Assembly: GCF_000485595.1 (NCBI RefSeq)
Contig: NW_014577068.1
Span: forward strand, 904,216-968,215
Length of the DNA stretch: 64,000 bases
Direction: 5' to 3'
DNA from: Priapulus caudatus
Taxonomy: Eukaryota
Shown here: piece by piece, positions 25,323-38,900 of the stretch
Position numbering within the stretch: the stretch's first letter is position 1
How the letters are laid out: every line of letters starts with the position of its first letter
Program-made: the position numbers and the translations under genes
The notes under the pieces: model-generated
The model's database searches: none
The model's input: only the letters and a program-made list of their open reading frames with translations
What the model was told of the DNA's origin: nothing

Positions 25323-28300
25323 GTAAGATTACGAATAATACGTGCTGTTATTTCATGAGAACCAGACCAGTACAGCTACTGTAGTCAGCTTAACCTCGTT
25401 CATATGCCTTATTAAAATATCAAGATTACATGCTATTTTTGTTGTAACTAACATTTAACTAGTCTGTCATTCTCGCGAGGCTGCTTGCATTATCTCACAC
25501 TACAGACAGTGCACACTAGCTAACACATCATGGTTTATCACGGGTTGACCTGTACGTTTAGTTTTCTGTCCTATATGCCAGCCATGCTTTGGTTCATTAC
25601 AAGCAGGACGACGGCTGTAATGTAATAGCTATGCTATGAGCAGTGCATCACCAGACAACTTTGAATAAATTATTTGTAATTTACATGCTTTTGTATCGGT
25701 AGTGGTGTGGGGGGGCGGGGTGGCTGTTTTAGAACCTGAGGCCTCTTCCCTATTTAAAATGGTAACAAAATAGGGGGGTAATCACTTGTAGGGGAATCTA
25801 TGAAAAATATTTGCACTTGCTCTTCATTTGTAGTGCTACACTAGTTGCAGTAACCTATAGAAAACAATCAGCATGGTGAAGGTTTGATTTATCTGTGCAC
25901 ACCATACATTACCATATATAAATAGTTATTGATAAAGCGTTAATTTCTTCTAAAAATGCTTAAGAGAATGCGAGAGCATTAAAATTTGAAATTAATTTTA
26001 GCCGAATAGGCGCAGCATTCACTACCTGTTGATTTGTTGTCATGTAAGTTTAACAACAGAGTAGGTAACCTGGTTAATGTTATCAGACTCTTAGGTCAGC
26101 TCATAGACTGGCAGATAGCAGAACATGGTGTGACTACAAATTAGAGGTGCATAATTTCAATAATGAGACATCAATGTTTAGACTTTGCAACCGCAGCATC
26201 TCTGGACAAGGAAGGGTGATTTCATGGCCTGGATGTGCGTGCCTGGATGCGTGCCTGATTTGTGTGGCAATGACAACTACATCCCAAGAATATGTGCTTA
26301 TTGACAACACATTGTCGCAGCCAGCTGCCTGTACGGAATGCGGGGTGCCTAGTTGGCGGCAGCAAGCCAGCAGGCTCGTATTGATTCCGGCGCTTTTATG
26401 CGATTGTCGTTTTGCAGTATCCACACTTTCTGAAGCGGGAGGGCAACGTGTTGCAAATAATGCTGCAGCGGCGGAAGCGATACAAAAACCGAACGATCCT
26501 CGGCTTCAAAACGCTCGCCATCGGTATCGTCAACATGGCCCAGGTACAACTCACTAATTTATCGTCTACCTCATCATTCAGGGTGCATGTTAAGTGGTTC
26601 AAGCAACATGCATAGCATCTATGCAACTTGTACGTTTTCAATATGTGAACTGCACAATGTCCAGGTAACATGTATGCAAGTGAGGTAGTAACGTGCACAG
26701 TAACCAGGTAGCGTATACAGTGCCCAGATAGCATATACAGCCATATAACATATACAGGGTCCAGGTAGCATATGCAGTGTCCAGATAGCATATACATTGC
26801 CCAAGTAATGTATACAGTCTTTAGTAGCGTATACAGTGCCCAGATAGCATATACAGTGGCCCAGTAATATGTAAAATCCTTATGTAATGTGTTGAGTTTA
26901 TATGTAATGTGCGCAGTCCACCCACGTGTGGTGCTCAGTTCTACAGGCAATGTGTGCAGCACCCGGGTAATGTACTCGGTCCACAAGTAATACATACAGC
27001 ACCCAGGCAATGCGCTCGGCCCATAGGGAACGTGTACAGCACCCAGATAATGTGAACATACATCAATCAGGTTATCTATACGGACAGACTTAGTAATTTG
27101 TACACTGCTAAGGTAACTGCATACACAAACAGCCTGCTTATACTTTAATGGGGGCATCGTTACAAGGAATCATTATGACAGCACTTGATAAGATATTGCA
27201 TGCGTTTTAGTTCCCATGTGATTTCATTGGCTATCGTACAGTACTACCTTAATAACTACTTGGCCCTAACTGCTACAATTACTGTAAAACAATCAACATA
27301 GCAGATTATAGATATCATCGAGAATAGACCTTATAGATTCTCTGTCTTACAGTTACATCCCCATGCGTAGTTTGAAGTGATTAGTAGCTAGGATAGATGG
27401 TGCATGTTTTGCTGTTGGTAGGTTCTGCAGCGTCACATGGACAGGGAACTGGACCTTTTCAGTGCTGGAAACTCAAAAGAGAAGGACGAACTCGTTGCCA
27501 AGGTGATGATGCTGTCGCTAAGCAGTCAGCCGGTGGAGCAGGAGGACACACTTCCGCTGCGCAAGAAGCAAGTGTCAGAGACAGGTAAGAGTGATCCCTC
27601 GATGACACACCTTGAGACAGGTGAGAGTGGTCCCTCGATCACACACCTTGAGACAGGTGAGAGTGGTCCCTCGATCACACACCTTGAGACAGGTGAGAGT
27701 GGTCCCTCGATCACACACCTTGAGACAGGAGAGAATGGTCCCTCGATCACACACCTTGAGACAGGTGAAAATGGTACCCCGATGACACACCTTGAGACAG
27801 GTGAGAGTGGTCCCTCGATCACACACCCTGAGACAGGTGAGAGTGATCCCTCGATGACACACTTTGAGACAGGTTAGAATGGTCCCTCGATTACACACCA
27901 TGAGACAGGTGAGAATGGTCCCTCGATGACACACCTTAAGACAGGTTAGAATGGTCCCTCGATGACACACCTTGAGACAGGTGAGAGTGGTCCCTCGATG
28001 ACACACCTTGAGACAGGTGAGAGTGATCCCTCGATGACACACCTTGAGACAGGCTAGAATGGTCTCTCGATGACACACCTTGAGACAGGTGAGAGTGATC
28101 CCTCGATGACACACCTTGAGACAGGTTAGAATGGTCCCTCGATGACACACCTTGTGACAGGTGAGAATAGTCGTTCAATGACACACCTTGAGACAGGTGA
28201 GAATGGTCCCTCGATGACACACCTTGAGACAGGTTAGAATGGTTTCTCGATGACTCACCTTGAGACATGTGAAAATAGTCCCTCGATTACACACCTTATG

Positions 28301-31300
28301 TTTCACTTGTACGCAAACATCATCAACCTTCAAATGAGAATTCTGTTAACATGCGCTGATCGTAGTAAGCTGATGAGAGGGTGATGGTTTATGGTGGCTT
28401 TACTAATAACTGCTGATCGCTACAGGTGCAGGGTTTGAATTTTATCATAGCACCAGCAGCACGTGTAGTGGTTGATCTTCTCACTTGCTACGCTGCCTCG
28501 AATATTGGTTGATTTTCAAAGCAGTAAAACCCTGCGGCTACGCTAGGGAGCTTTGTAGCTCCTATACATCCCACTACACGTGCGTATTTTATCCTCCGTT
28601 TCTCGCACAAAAACGCAGTTGAAGTTATACAATCTCTGCTTAAACCCAACGCAACACTTGCGTTGACTTGTTTCTTGCTTTGCACTTCTTACTTTTTTGC
28701 TTTGCTTACATCTTGCTTACATCTTGCTTATTTTTTGCTTTGCCTACATCTTGCTACTTTCTTGCTTACTTTTTGCTTTGCTTACTTCTTGCTTACTTTT
28801 GCTTAACTTTTTTGCTTGCTTACTTCTGGCTTAGCTTCTTGCTTTATTTTTCTGCTTTGCTTAGCTTCTGGTTTACTTTTTGTTGCTTAAATCTGCTTAC
28901 TTTCCTATTTTGGCTTTGCTTACATTTGCTTCGCCTTACTTTTTTGGCTTTGCCTAATCGTTGCTTACTTCTTGCTTACTTTTTGCTTTTGCGCTAGCAG
29001 TTTGCTTACTTCTTGCTTTTACTTTTTTTGGCTTGCTTACTTCTTGCTTACTTCTTGCTTACTTTTTGCTTTGCTTACATCTTGCTTACTTCTTGCTTAC
29101 TTTTTGCTTTGCTTACATCTTGCTTACTTCTTGCTTACTTTTTGCTTTTCTTACTTCTTGCTTACTTCTTGCTTACTTCTTACTTTGCTATATCTCGACT
29201 TCTTGTACTTTGCTTGTTACTTCTTGCTTTGTTACTTTTTGCTTATTTTACTGCTTGTGCTATACTTCTTCTTTAGCTTCTTCTTCGGGCTGACTTCTTA
29301 GCTTACTTCATATTCTTGCATTTACTCTGCTATTTCCTTACTTCTTACTTCTTGCATAGTTCTTGCTTACTTCTTGCTTTCCCACTTGCACTTACTTCCA
29401 TTACAAGAAGTTTGACATGTTTGACCCCTCCTCCCTCTCACCCCTCAGATGGCCAACCCAATGCAACACTTGCCTTCTCCTACAAACAATTTGACATGTT
29501 TGACCCCCCTCTCTCCCTCCCTTCAGATGGCTACTCAGACCTGGAGGAGGGATGGACTCGTCGCCGGCGAGGGCCGCAGTGAAGTGAGCCGATGATGGAT
29601 GTTGAGGCGACGGCGCCCGAGGAAGAGGTACCAGCGACGTGACAGGGCCTTGTGCCGGAGGGTACGTGACGCGCGGGGCGGTGACGCGATACGTTGATGC
29701 GCAGGCCGCGGTGACACGACAGCAGAGGGTAGGTGAGCGGTTGGCGCGGATGCATGACGTGGTAGGTGACGGGTTGGCGCAGTGATGCGGGGTAGGTGAC
29801 CGTTGGCGCGGAACGAGTGATGCGTGGTAGGTGACCGTTGGCGCGGTGATGCGTGGTAGAGTGACCCGTTGGCGCGGTGATGCGTGCGTAGGTGAACCGT
29901 TGGCGCGGTGATGCGTAAGGTACGGTGACCTGTTGCGCGCAGTGATGGCTGGTGTAAGTTGACGCTTTTGGCGGCGTGATGGCGTGGTAGGTGACCGTAT
30001 GGCTGCAGTGATGCGATGGTAGGTGACCGTTGGCATGCAGGTGATATGGTGCGTAGGTGACCGTATGCTGGCGGTGATGCGTGGTCGAGGTGACGGTTGC
30101 CGGGCAGTGATGCGGGGTAGGTGGACGTGGCGCAGTGACGCTGGGGTAGGTGACCCGTTGGCGCGGTGAGGCGGGTTAATGTGACCGGTTGACACACCGT
30201 AATGCCGCGTTAGAGCTAGAGTGTGCCGGCGGCACATCAGTGCTGCAACGATGAGTCGCAGTACGTCCTCGACGATCTCACTACACGATAATCACACCGC
30301 GCTGGTGCAGGTCTTCTCGATACACGGATTACATCCACGCGCTTAATATTAAAACGCAGAGTTGTAAAGGTTAAATTTGCAGCTTATAAAGCTTCACAGA
30401 CCAGTCACATGTCTACTTTTCTATCACACAATCCGTGTAGAATGTAAAATGAGTACTTATTTCCAACTTACTGACAGGTGTATATTGTGATAAAATGAAA
30501 TATTATGAATAATTAAAGCTGTTCAGGTTAAATATGGTCATGCATAGCTAATCATGTAATGGAAAAAAATAATAGCACATGTATTTCGCATGTTGCATGT
30601 ATTATGTATTAGCATCACCATTGGCAATACACAGCCTACAGTGCTGGCAAGTAGAAAATCGTGTAGAAATCATGGGTAATCTAATAGGATAGGAAGTAAC
30701 AGGTGATGGCTACCTCTAGCTCACTCTGTCACTGTTTCGTGATATTAATTTGCTGTAGTCGGTGAGGTAATATTTTAAGCTGCGCAGAAAGTCGTTATAT
30801 CTCTAACCTGTTTCGGCAGTGAGTGCCGCCTGTGTTTTCAGCAGGTGCCTATGTGAATTTTTTAAACCACGGAAAAAATATGTGTTACGCTTGGGGTGCG
30901 TAAAAGATGCTTTGATGTTATTGGCTGCAACGCTTGATTTGTTATTCGTGGGCAGGGTAATTTTAATAAGGGATTTCGATTGGCATCCGCTGAACATTAT
31001 AGGTGTGTGGGTTGAAATCCGTCTCTGTCGGCAGACGTACGAACAAATCCTTTCAGCAGCTGTCAGCTGCATCCTTTTCTAGAGAGAGTTTACACAGGTG
31101 GTACAAGCTTTATCTCACGCCTGCGACTGTATGTTTAGGCCCAAGGCGTTCTAAAAATCTGGGAGATAGAGCACCAGGTGCTGCAGAGGCCTTTATCACC
31201 TGCTATTGGTAATTTTTAGGCCCAACCGGCGTCTAAAAACCTGGAGTTTCGCGCGTGGCTGGCACGTCATGCGTCGTCACACTGCGACTTGTTTTTTTTT

Positions 31301-33879
31301 TTCGCGCCCGCGGTCTAGCCGGCAGGCCGTCGGAACCTGCAGGCAGAAGCTGGAGTGGCGTTGCTGAAGCGCTTCAAGGTGTCGCCGAGAGGCTGCAGGA
31401 GGCACGACCAGGATGCGTTGAGGCGTGCACCAGCAGGAGATCGAGGACCCTGCCTGTTTGCACGAAGGCTGCGAGGACCTGAGCGACTACCGGACCGCGA
31501 GATGGACACCATGAGGCCGCATTTCTTCGCCACCTAAACCTAGTGCTCCGGTAATTGCAACGCACCTAAACTATGTCTTCACTTATGTCACGGCACCTTA
31601 AACACTAGTCTCGGCCACTATGTCACACACCTAAAGCCTATCTCGCGGTATGTCACGCACGTCGCTAAACCTAGTCTCCACTATGTCTCCGCAGCACTGG
31701 ACTAAACTAGTCTCTCGGTATGTCGACGCGACCAAGATAAAACCTATAGTCTCTCACTATGTCACACACCTAAAACCTAGTCTCCACTATGTCACCGCAC
31801 TAACACGTCTACTATGACACCTAACGTCTCCACATATGNNNNNNNNNNGTCTCCACTATGTCACGCACCTAAACCTAGTCTCCACTATGTCACGCACCTA
31901 AACCTAGTCTCCACTATGTCACGCACCTAAACCTAGTCTCTACTATGTCACGCACGTGCACCTAGTCTTCAGTGTGGTGTGGTCTGGCAGGCGTGTATGC
32001 GCTCGCTCGTTCGCAGTGAATGCTTGTGGGCGTCTCGAATATTTCCTTACTTTCTCATCAACGGATGTAATTGCATGTCTTGAAAGCTATTCATTTCCAT
32101 GTTCGCCTGTGCGGTTTATTGCGTGTGTACTGCGAGGTGTATGTGTTGACTACTGATTGACTCGCGTCTCTCTGTTGCTAAGCTACAGCAGTCCGGTCAG
32201 TGATTTCTACAGAGAGACGGGCGCTGTGCTGTGAGGGCAGCGCACAAAGGATTTCTATTTACTCACATTTAATGGTTTACCATCAACGCTGCGTACTGTT
32301 GGTAGCGTGCCTGTCCCGTTCGCGGAATTATTTTCCCCACGCGAGTTCCGGATACACCATAGATAGTGTAATTTGGTACTATTCCACGCCTATATAAGCG
32401 TGTGAGTCGGTTTAAAGTTAGTGTTAGGATTGGATTAGGGTTAGGGTTAGGGATAAGGGAACATTTGTTTCATTTTTCATTGTTGCTTCGAGGAAGTCGA
32501 GTGAATGGAGTGCGCTGATTGGCTGTATTTCGGAACTCGCATGGGAAAAATGGCTGTATTTTGTGTCCCGTTCGCGTACTGGTTAATATGTGAGGGTGCA
32601 TGGATGTTTGCCCGATAGGACGAGACCCCGTCACAGTTAATAACCTGAAGCCCCGTGTAATCGCTGCGTATGAAACCCGTCGTGCTAGAAAGCATTATCG
32701 CCGCGCAAATAACAATTGTCGTCGAGTGCGGGCTGAATTACACTGGCGTCTCGTTACTTTCCGTATATGGCTGCCAGCGTATTGCTATTAGATTCGCTCC
32801 CTGTAACACAACGCCAAGTTGTACATCATTGCTATAGCCACAGGCAGACTGCGAAACTTGTGGGGTATCATCCACTACCACTCGGCCGTTCCCCATCTTC
32901 CAGCTCATTAGTCAGGCGAATCTAAGCGGAAATGTAATATTCTTAATGAGAACGCGTGATCGGCTGCGCGGTGATCGCATGACCTCTGCCTTGCAGACCA
33001 TTCTTCTCGGCACGATCGAGCTCGCACGACATCCTGACCATCCCCGAGATGAGACAGCGCTACAGTCAGCACGTCAGCGATGACAGCTCACGCAAGGGTG
33101 ACTCCGACAACCAGGTAAATGCCATTCGCCGTGCAGCACCGCGTTCATATGTGTCATAATCATTGACGCGTTCTATACGGCTAAGGATGTCTATATCCTC
33201 ATTTCATGCTACCGTATAACGACGGCGCGTAAACGGGGAGGTTTTATCGTAGTAGCAGTGGATTTGCCCGAGCACATCGGCACATTGTCAGACGACTGCA
33301 GCTACGTTGAGGCAAATTCTAATTATTTAACTAAAATACCGCTAGAGCCATTGACCCTCTTAGAACCCGGTTGCGTGATTAATATAACCCGTGCATTAGC
33401 AAGCAAATTGGATTTAGCCGTTTCTAACGAGGGCTCGTTTACGTGGGATAACATGTACACACTGACATATTATCATGTGCACACGTGTATGCACAGACCA
33501 TTATGCACACGTGTTTATAAATAAATAAATAAATATAAATCTGCACATACATATATGCGCATACATCTATGCCACACATATATACTCATATATGTATGCA
33601 CACCAGAGAACGTGAAATTCGTCAGATGTGTTGAACTCAATGCATTTTTTGCACAGGTTCAGCTGTCTAACCCTATTTTCTTCTCACCTGGTAACTCGAT
33701 ATTCATTACCAGTCGCTGCATGTACAAAAATTCAGTGGAACCGCAACAAGTGGGCCCTGTGCCTGACCGATTGTCCGACGGAGAAAAAAGAGATTTCGCA
33801 TTCCCTGGCGCGCCCACGCGTATGTCTAGACCTATGCACGCACACACCTGTGTCCACACCTATGCGCGCGCATGCACGA

Positions 33880-33918
<39 letters not shown>

Positions 33919-33967
33919 CACACGTATGTCTACACCTATGCACGCACGCATGCATGCACGAACGCAT

Positions 33968-34002
<35 letters not shown>

Positions 34003-35791
34003 TGCACGCACGCACGCACACATGTATGTCGACACCTATGCACGCATGCATGCACGAACGCATACACACGCGCACACACACGTATGTCTACACCTATGCA
34101 CGCACGCACGCACGCACACAGGTGTATGATGTGCACGCACGCGTAGACTCTTACGTGTTTCACGCACGTCTCACGTCTCTAACATCTCTCTTTCCATCTC
34201 CCACCGCGAATAGGAGATGTTGACCGACGACCACGAGGGCTCGGACAGTCAGCTGGTTGGATCGCCTGCCGACAGCAGAATTGCGGAGCGCGGCGACGTC
34301 AGCGGCTCCGGTAGCGGCGAGTCGTCCGTCAAGAAGTCCGACAGCCTGAAAAAGTCGCGAATGTCGCCGCCGCCGAAGCCAAAGTTCTTTGCGCGCGACA
34401 ACAAGTCGTCGCTGAAGGAGTCGAAGGAGAAGCGGCTCTCGAAGGAGTTCACGTGCAAGCTGCCGCTGGAGAGGAAGAACAGCGGAGGAGTCGGGGACCA
34501 AACGGTGCGTCCGTGCAGGAGAGTGTGTGAGAGAGAGAGAGAGAGAGTGAGGGGGAGGGAGGGAGAGAGTGTGTGAGGGGGAGGGAGGAAGAGCGTGTGT
34601 GAGGGGGAGGGAGGGAGAGCGTGTGTAGAGTCATATACAGTGGACCCCCGATATACGAATTTAATACGTTCTACAGATTTGTTTGCATCTCGAACCCTAT
34701 ATAGGACGTACAGAATTAACGTACAGCAAGCGCAATCATGAGAGCACAACCACATTCAATGAGTCAGGCACTTAAACAGACTCACCGAGAGAGCGTGCGC
34801 TAGGCCTATGCCCTGATTGGCTGATTCGTAGACGTTTGTATGTTGAATTTTATTCATTTGTCGAATACATTACGTTTAACGGGAGGTCGTTCGTATCTAG
34901 AAAATTCGTATGTCGAGCTGTTCGTATCTCGGGGGTCCACCGTATATACGCTCGTGCATCTACTTTCTCTGTTATCTTCTCGGTCCCTCCTCTTGTCACC
35001 GTCGTTCTTCCTATGTCCCCATTTGTCTATTGGCTCTTTTTCTGTCCATATGTTGGTGATGTATTCACAAAGAATCTCCCCTTGGTGGTGGTAGGTTTAT
35101 AATGTAGCAAAGCAATGTAGACGAGTGGAATTTTAGTTCGAACTAGTGTCGGTTTAGTTTCTGAGGGTCGGAGGGAAAGGACACTGCAAACATTTTGACC
35201 TGTTGTGTGTTTTCCTGGTATGTGTAGAAGATGTGCATGGTGCTACGAATGAAGGGAAAGAAGGAAACACAGCAGACCCATCTATGTCATGCTTTCTCGT
35301 CAACGTTTGTGTCGATGTGTTTTTGTACCGTTGCAGCCTCAGTTCTAATTCACAGATCTCATATCTTAAATTCTGATTCTAATTAAATGCACAGTTTCTG
35401 TGTTGTCGGATTCATCATATCATCACGTCCTCAAAAATTTTGTGAAATACATGTTGCCGTGTTAATCATGAATAACGTCCTCACAGTTCATTTAATTATA
35501 TCATGCTGATATTGTGATGCCTGCCTATGAATGGCATTGTGTGAATGTGCTTTTATCAGATCCTCAGATACTATTGCTGTGCTTTGATTGTGAATATTTT
35601 ATTGTGCCAGTGTTGAAACAAGACAGCCGTGTGTGTGTCCGTGCGTGCGTCCATGTGTGCGTGCGTGTGCAGCGTGTGCAGCGTGTGTGCGTGTATACGT
35701 GTGGGTGCTTGTACATTAATTGTGCGTGTGTACATGCATGCATGTGCGTAGATGTGTACGCGCGCGCATGTCTGTGTGTGTCTGTGTGGTT

Positions 35792-35830
<39 letters not shown>

Positions 35831-35844
35831 NNNNNNNNNNTGCA

Positions 35845-35915
<71 letters not shown>

Positions 35916-38900
35916 CTACGTGCGTGCGTGTGCTTACGTGCATGCACGTGTGTGAGTAAATTAAGCACATTACCAAAATGACTCTAGTTCCTAAAATTGC
36001 TGTGGAGCGTCTGTATATGACGTGTTTGATCATTTCAGCCACGTAAAGCTTTGCTAGAGCAGCTGGGCGTCCTGCTGGGGTCTGAAGATATCATGCTTGA
36101 TTCTGCGGTCCTAGTTGACACGTCGGAGAAACACGGCCAGCTATTTGCTCACAAGGTCCATGAGTTGACCAATCACAGAGTGGTTTCCACGATGACGAGT
36201 GGCGACGTTAAGGCCATACTCTCACATCTGGTCAACAAAATTCAAAAATTGTAAGCAAAATTTATTTTAAGAAGAAATTACAATGCTTTTATTCGTATAT
36301 ATGCAGTTTAATATAATTTTGATAATGTTGATAGTCATCTTCTTCATTTTCATTATTGTCATTGTCGTCGTCTTCATTTAAATCATCTTCTCCTCCTCCT
36401 CCTCCTCCTCATCATCATCATCATCGTAGTTGTGGTATTAATAACTTGTAAATTGTATCACCAATGCTTGTATACCACATGCTTGTTATTCTATTCTACT
36501 GTCATACATGTTTATTTACTTGGTGTGGTATTGTGTAATTGCTATACAATTGACTGTATTATACTACTTACTGTACAACAATCACTATATCTGTATTGCA
36601 GTTGCAACACAAATAGTCGGACGCCGTCGCCCATCAAAATTGTGATTGCCGGCAGTGATCGCTACGTTAACACAGTTTTGCAACCATTCGTCGAACAGTT
36701 CTCAGCGAAGCCTCCTGATTGGCAAGGCTATGTTCGTTTTCTAGTCATACCTATAGGTACGTACATCAGAGGCTGTTAGCTGTTATATAGACAGTTGTTA
36801 CACTGACAGACAGACTGTTATATTCAGGCTTGTCTGTGCCAAACGTGTCAGTACAAGCCTACCTGTGTATCGGTCTGTGCTCAGGGGTTTGTTCACACTC
36901 TGTTGTCAAGACGTTTTTATGTGTGTTTGTGCATACGTACGTATCTTTCTACCAGCATACATATATATATATATACAATATGTCTATCTGTTCGACCCTA
37001 CATCTGTATGTATTTACGTGTGTCTGTGCATCTGTATGTGCCTGTGTAGGTGGGCTTACATCCGTGTGTGTGTGTGCGTGTGTGCATGCATGCATGCATG
37101 AATATATGTGCAAATCATGTGTCTCCTTGTCTTGTACGTGTGTATCTGTGTGGCCAAGGTGTGCGTATGTACATGCCTGTGATTGCGTTCATGCATTCAC
37201 TCGTATGTGCTCGCTCGCGTGCGTGTGTGCGTGGTTATATGCATGCATGCATGCGTATGCCCCTGCATTTCTGTCACACTCTTTCTGTCATGTTGCATGC
37301 TTTGATGGCTTGCAGTCTGTAGAAAACTCAATAATCGCAAGTGGAACCACTATAGATATAGAACTCAACAGAAGTTATAGTGAGTGCTTCCTTGAGTCAT
37401 GGAACGAGAAATGTGCCCATTTTGCATCCATTACTGTTGAGACATGTAGATAATGCGTTTGTGGGTTTAATTTATAATAGTAATAGCCTTACAAAGGCAT
37501 TTGTGTCATAGTAGGATGGCATATGCAGACCCTATGATCACCTTACAACCTAAGGGCCTGTTGTCAGGAACATTGTAAAGTTAAGGCTAATGTTAAGACT
37601 AATTTTGTTTCTGACAACGGGCCCCGGATTACAATTCGCAATCACTAAGATTAATCAATTAAAAAGACAAATTAATAAATGATCAAAGCTTAGGTGGTGT
37701 GTACTCATTCGTTTGTGACTTATCTGCTAATTTGCATTCTACAATGGTGTTACATTTCCCAGACTAAATTTTGTGTAAATCTTGAGCCCGTTGTCAGAAA
37801 CAAAATTAATCTTAACATTAGTCTTAACATTACCATTAATTGTAAGTGTTATCTTGGCATTAATATTAGCATTAACTTTACGATTTTTTGGACAATAGCC
37901 CCCCCCCCCCTGTTCCTTATGGTAGTATGTTTATGACGTTCTTCTGTCTGATGTTTGCTGGGGTCTGACGTGAGGTGTTCATGCTTCCTTTTGCATATCC
38001 TCTTATAGGTCCTAATGTGTGCCTGGCCAAATACCTCGGCAGCATAGACAGCACATATCACTCATTATTCCTCGACGGATTGTGGCGAGATGCCTTCGAA
38101 AAATCCGAGAACCACAAACCAGGTATTGTGCATACACATGTTTTTGACAAACCAAGTCCATATATATATATATATATATATTCAGAATGTATTCCACAGC
38201 TCTTACCCTGTAGGAATCTTCCTAAGCAGATGATTAAAAAGATGGGAAACGTCCAGTCGTTTCACACCTGGTGGTCACAACAATTTTGAATTATTTTATT
38301 AGCTAGCTGTGTCTGGGAAATAGCAGCAACGTACTAATAACAACTTTGGATATGTTTATCGTGTGCGTGCGTGCGTGAATGCGTGTTTGTACCTGTGTGT
38401 GTGCGTGTGATGTCCTCAGAAAGATTGTCAAAAACGGACAATTATGTAGTAATAGTCTATTATATATATATACTAACCATTGTTTCGTAGATTTTCTTCC
38501 GTAGATAGCAGTCCTTATATTGGCATTTTAAATCGCAATCAAGGTCATGTAGGCATTCTGCTGCGACACGGACAGTTTGGTCCCACACTATCTCTATTGC
38601 ATAGCATAATACCTGCCACAAGTCATTGCTGACACGAGACAACATGAGATGGGTCAAAACAAGTAATTGACCTTTAACCTAAGATGGCGTCTAACATTAC
38701 AAGATAGTCATATTTAGCTGCAAAAATCTCATGTGCATTTAACTATTATATATGCGATGGGCCTATAGCTAAATCTCTTCCTTAGGGCATGCTCTAACAG
38801 TGTGCCAACACTCATGCTTGTATCATCAAAGTCGCAATTCATTCACATATCTGCCGGGCTATTAGGTGCAATTCGTTTTGTTAACTTTAGTTGACCCTCG

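Noticed and set aside
26396..27157. 253-aa ORF on -
   Set aside because: Antisense to a PACS exon and mostly a degenerate ~20-bp tandem repeat; no recognisable domain.
27578..28297. CRISPR-like regular 36-bp periodicity
   Set aside because: Head-to-tail units with no unique spacers, no cas genes, and an intronic eukaryotic context.
28668..30237. Long ORFs (Leu/Phe-rich on +, 278 and 220 aa on -)
   Set aside because: Translations of low-complexity and tandem repeats.
32415..32460. TTAGGG repeats as an interstitial telomere (also 54577-54680)
   Set aside because: Short, degenerate and (at 54.6 kb) inside a TIR element; typical of transposon interiors.
33555..37453. Numerous HTHT/CVCV/RARA ORFs (also 11500-11707, 52000-53130)
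   Set aside because: Microsatellite translations.
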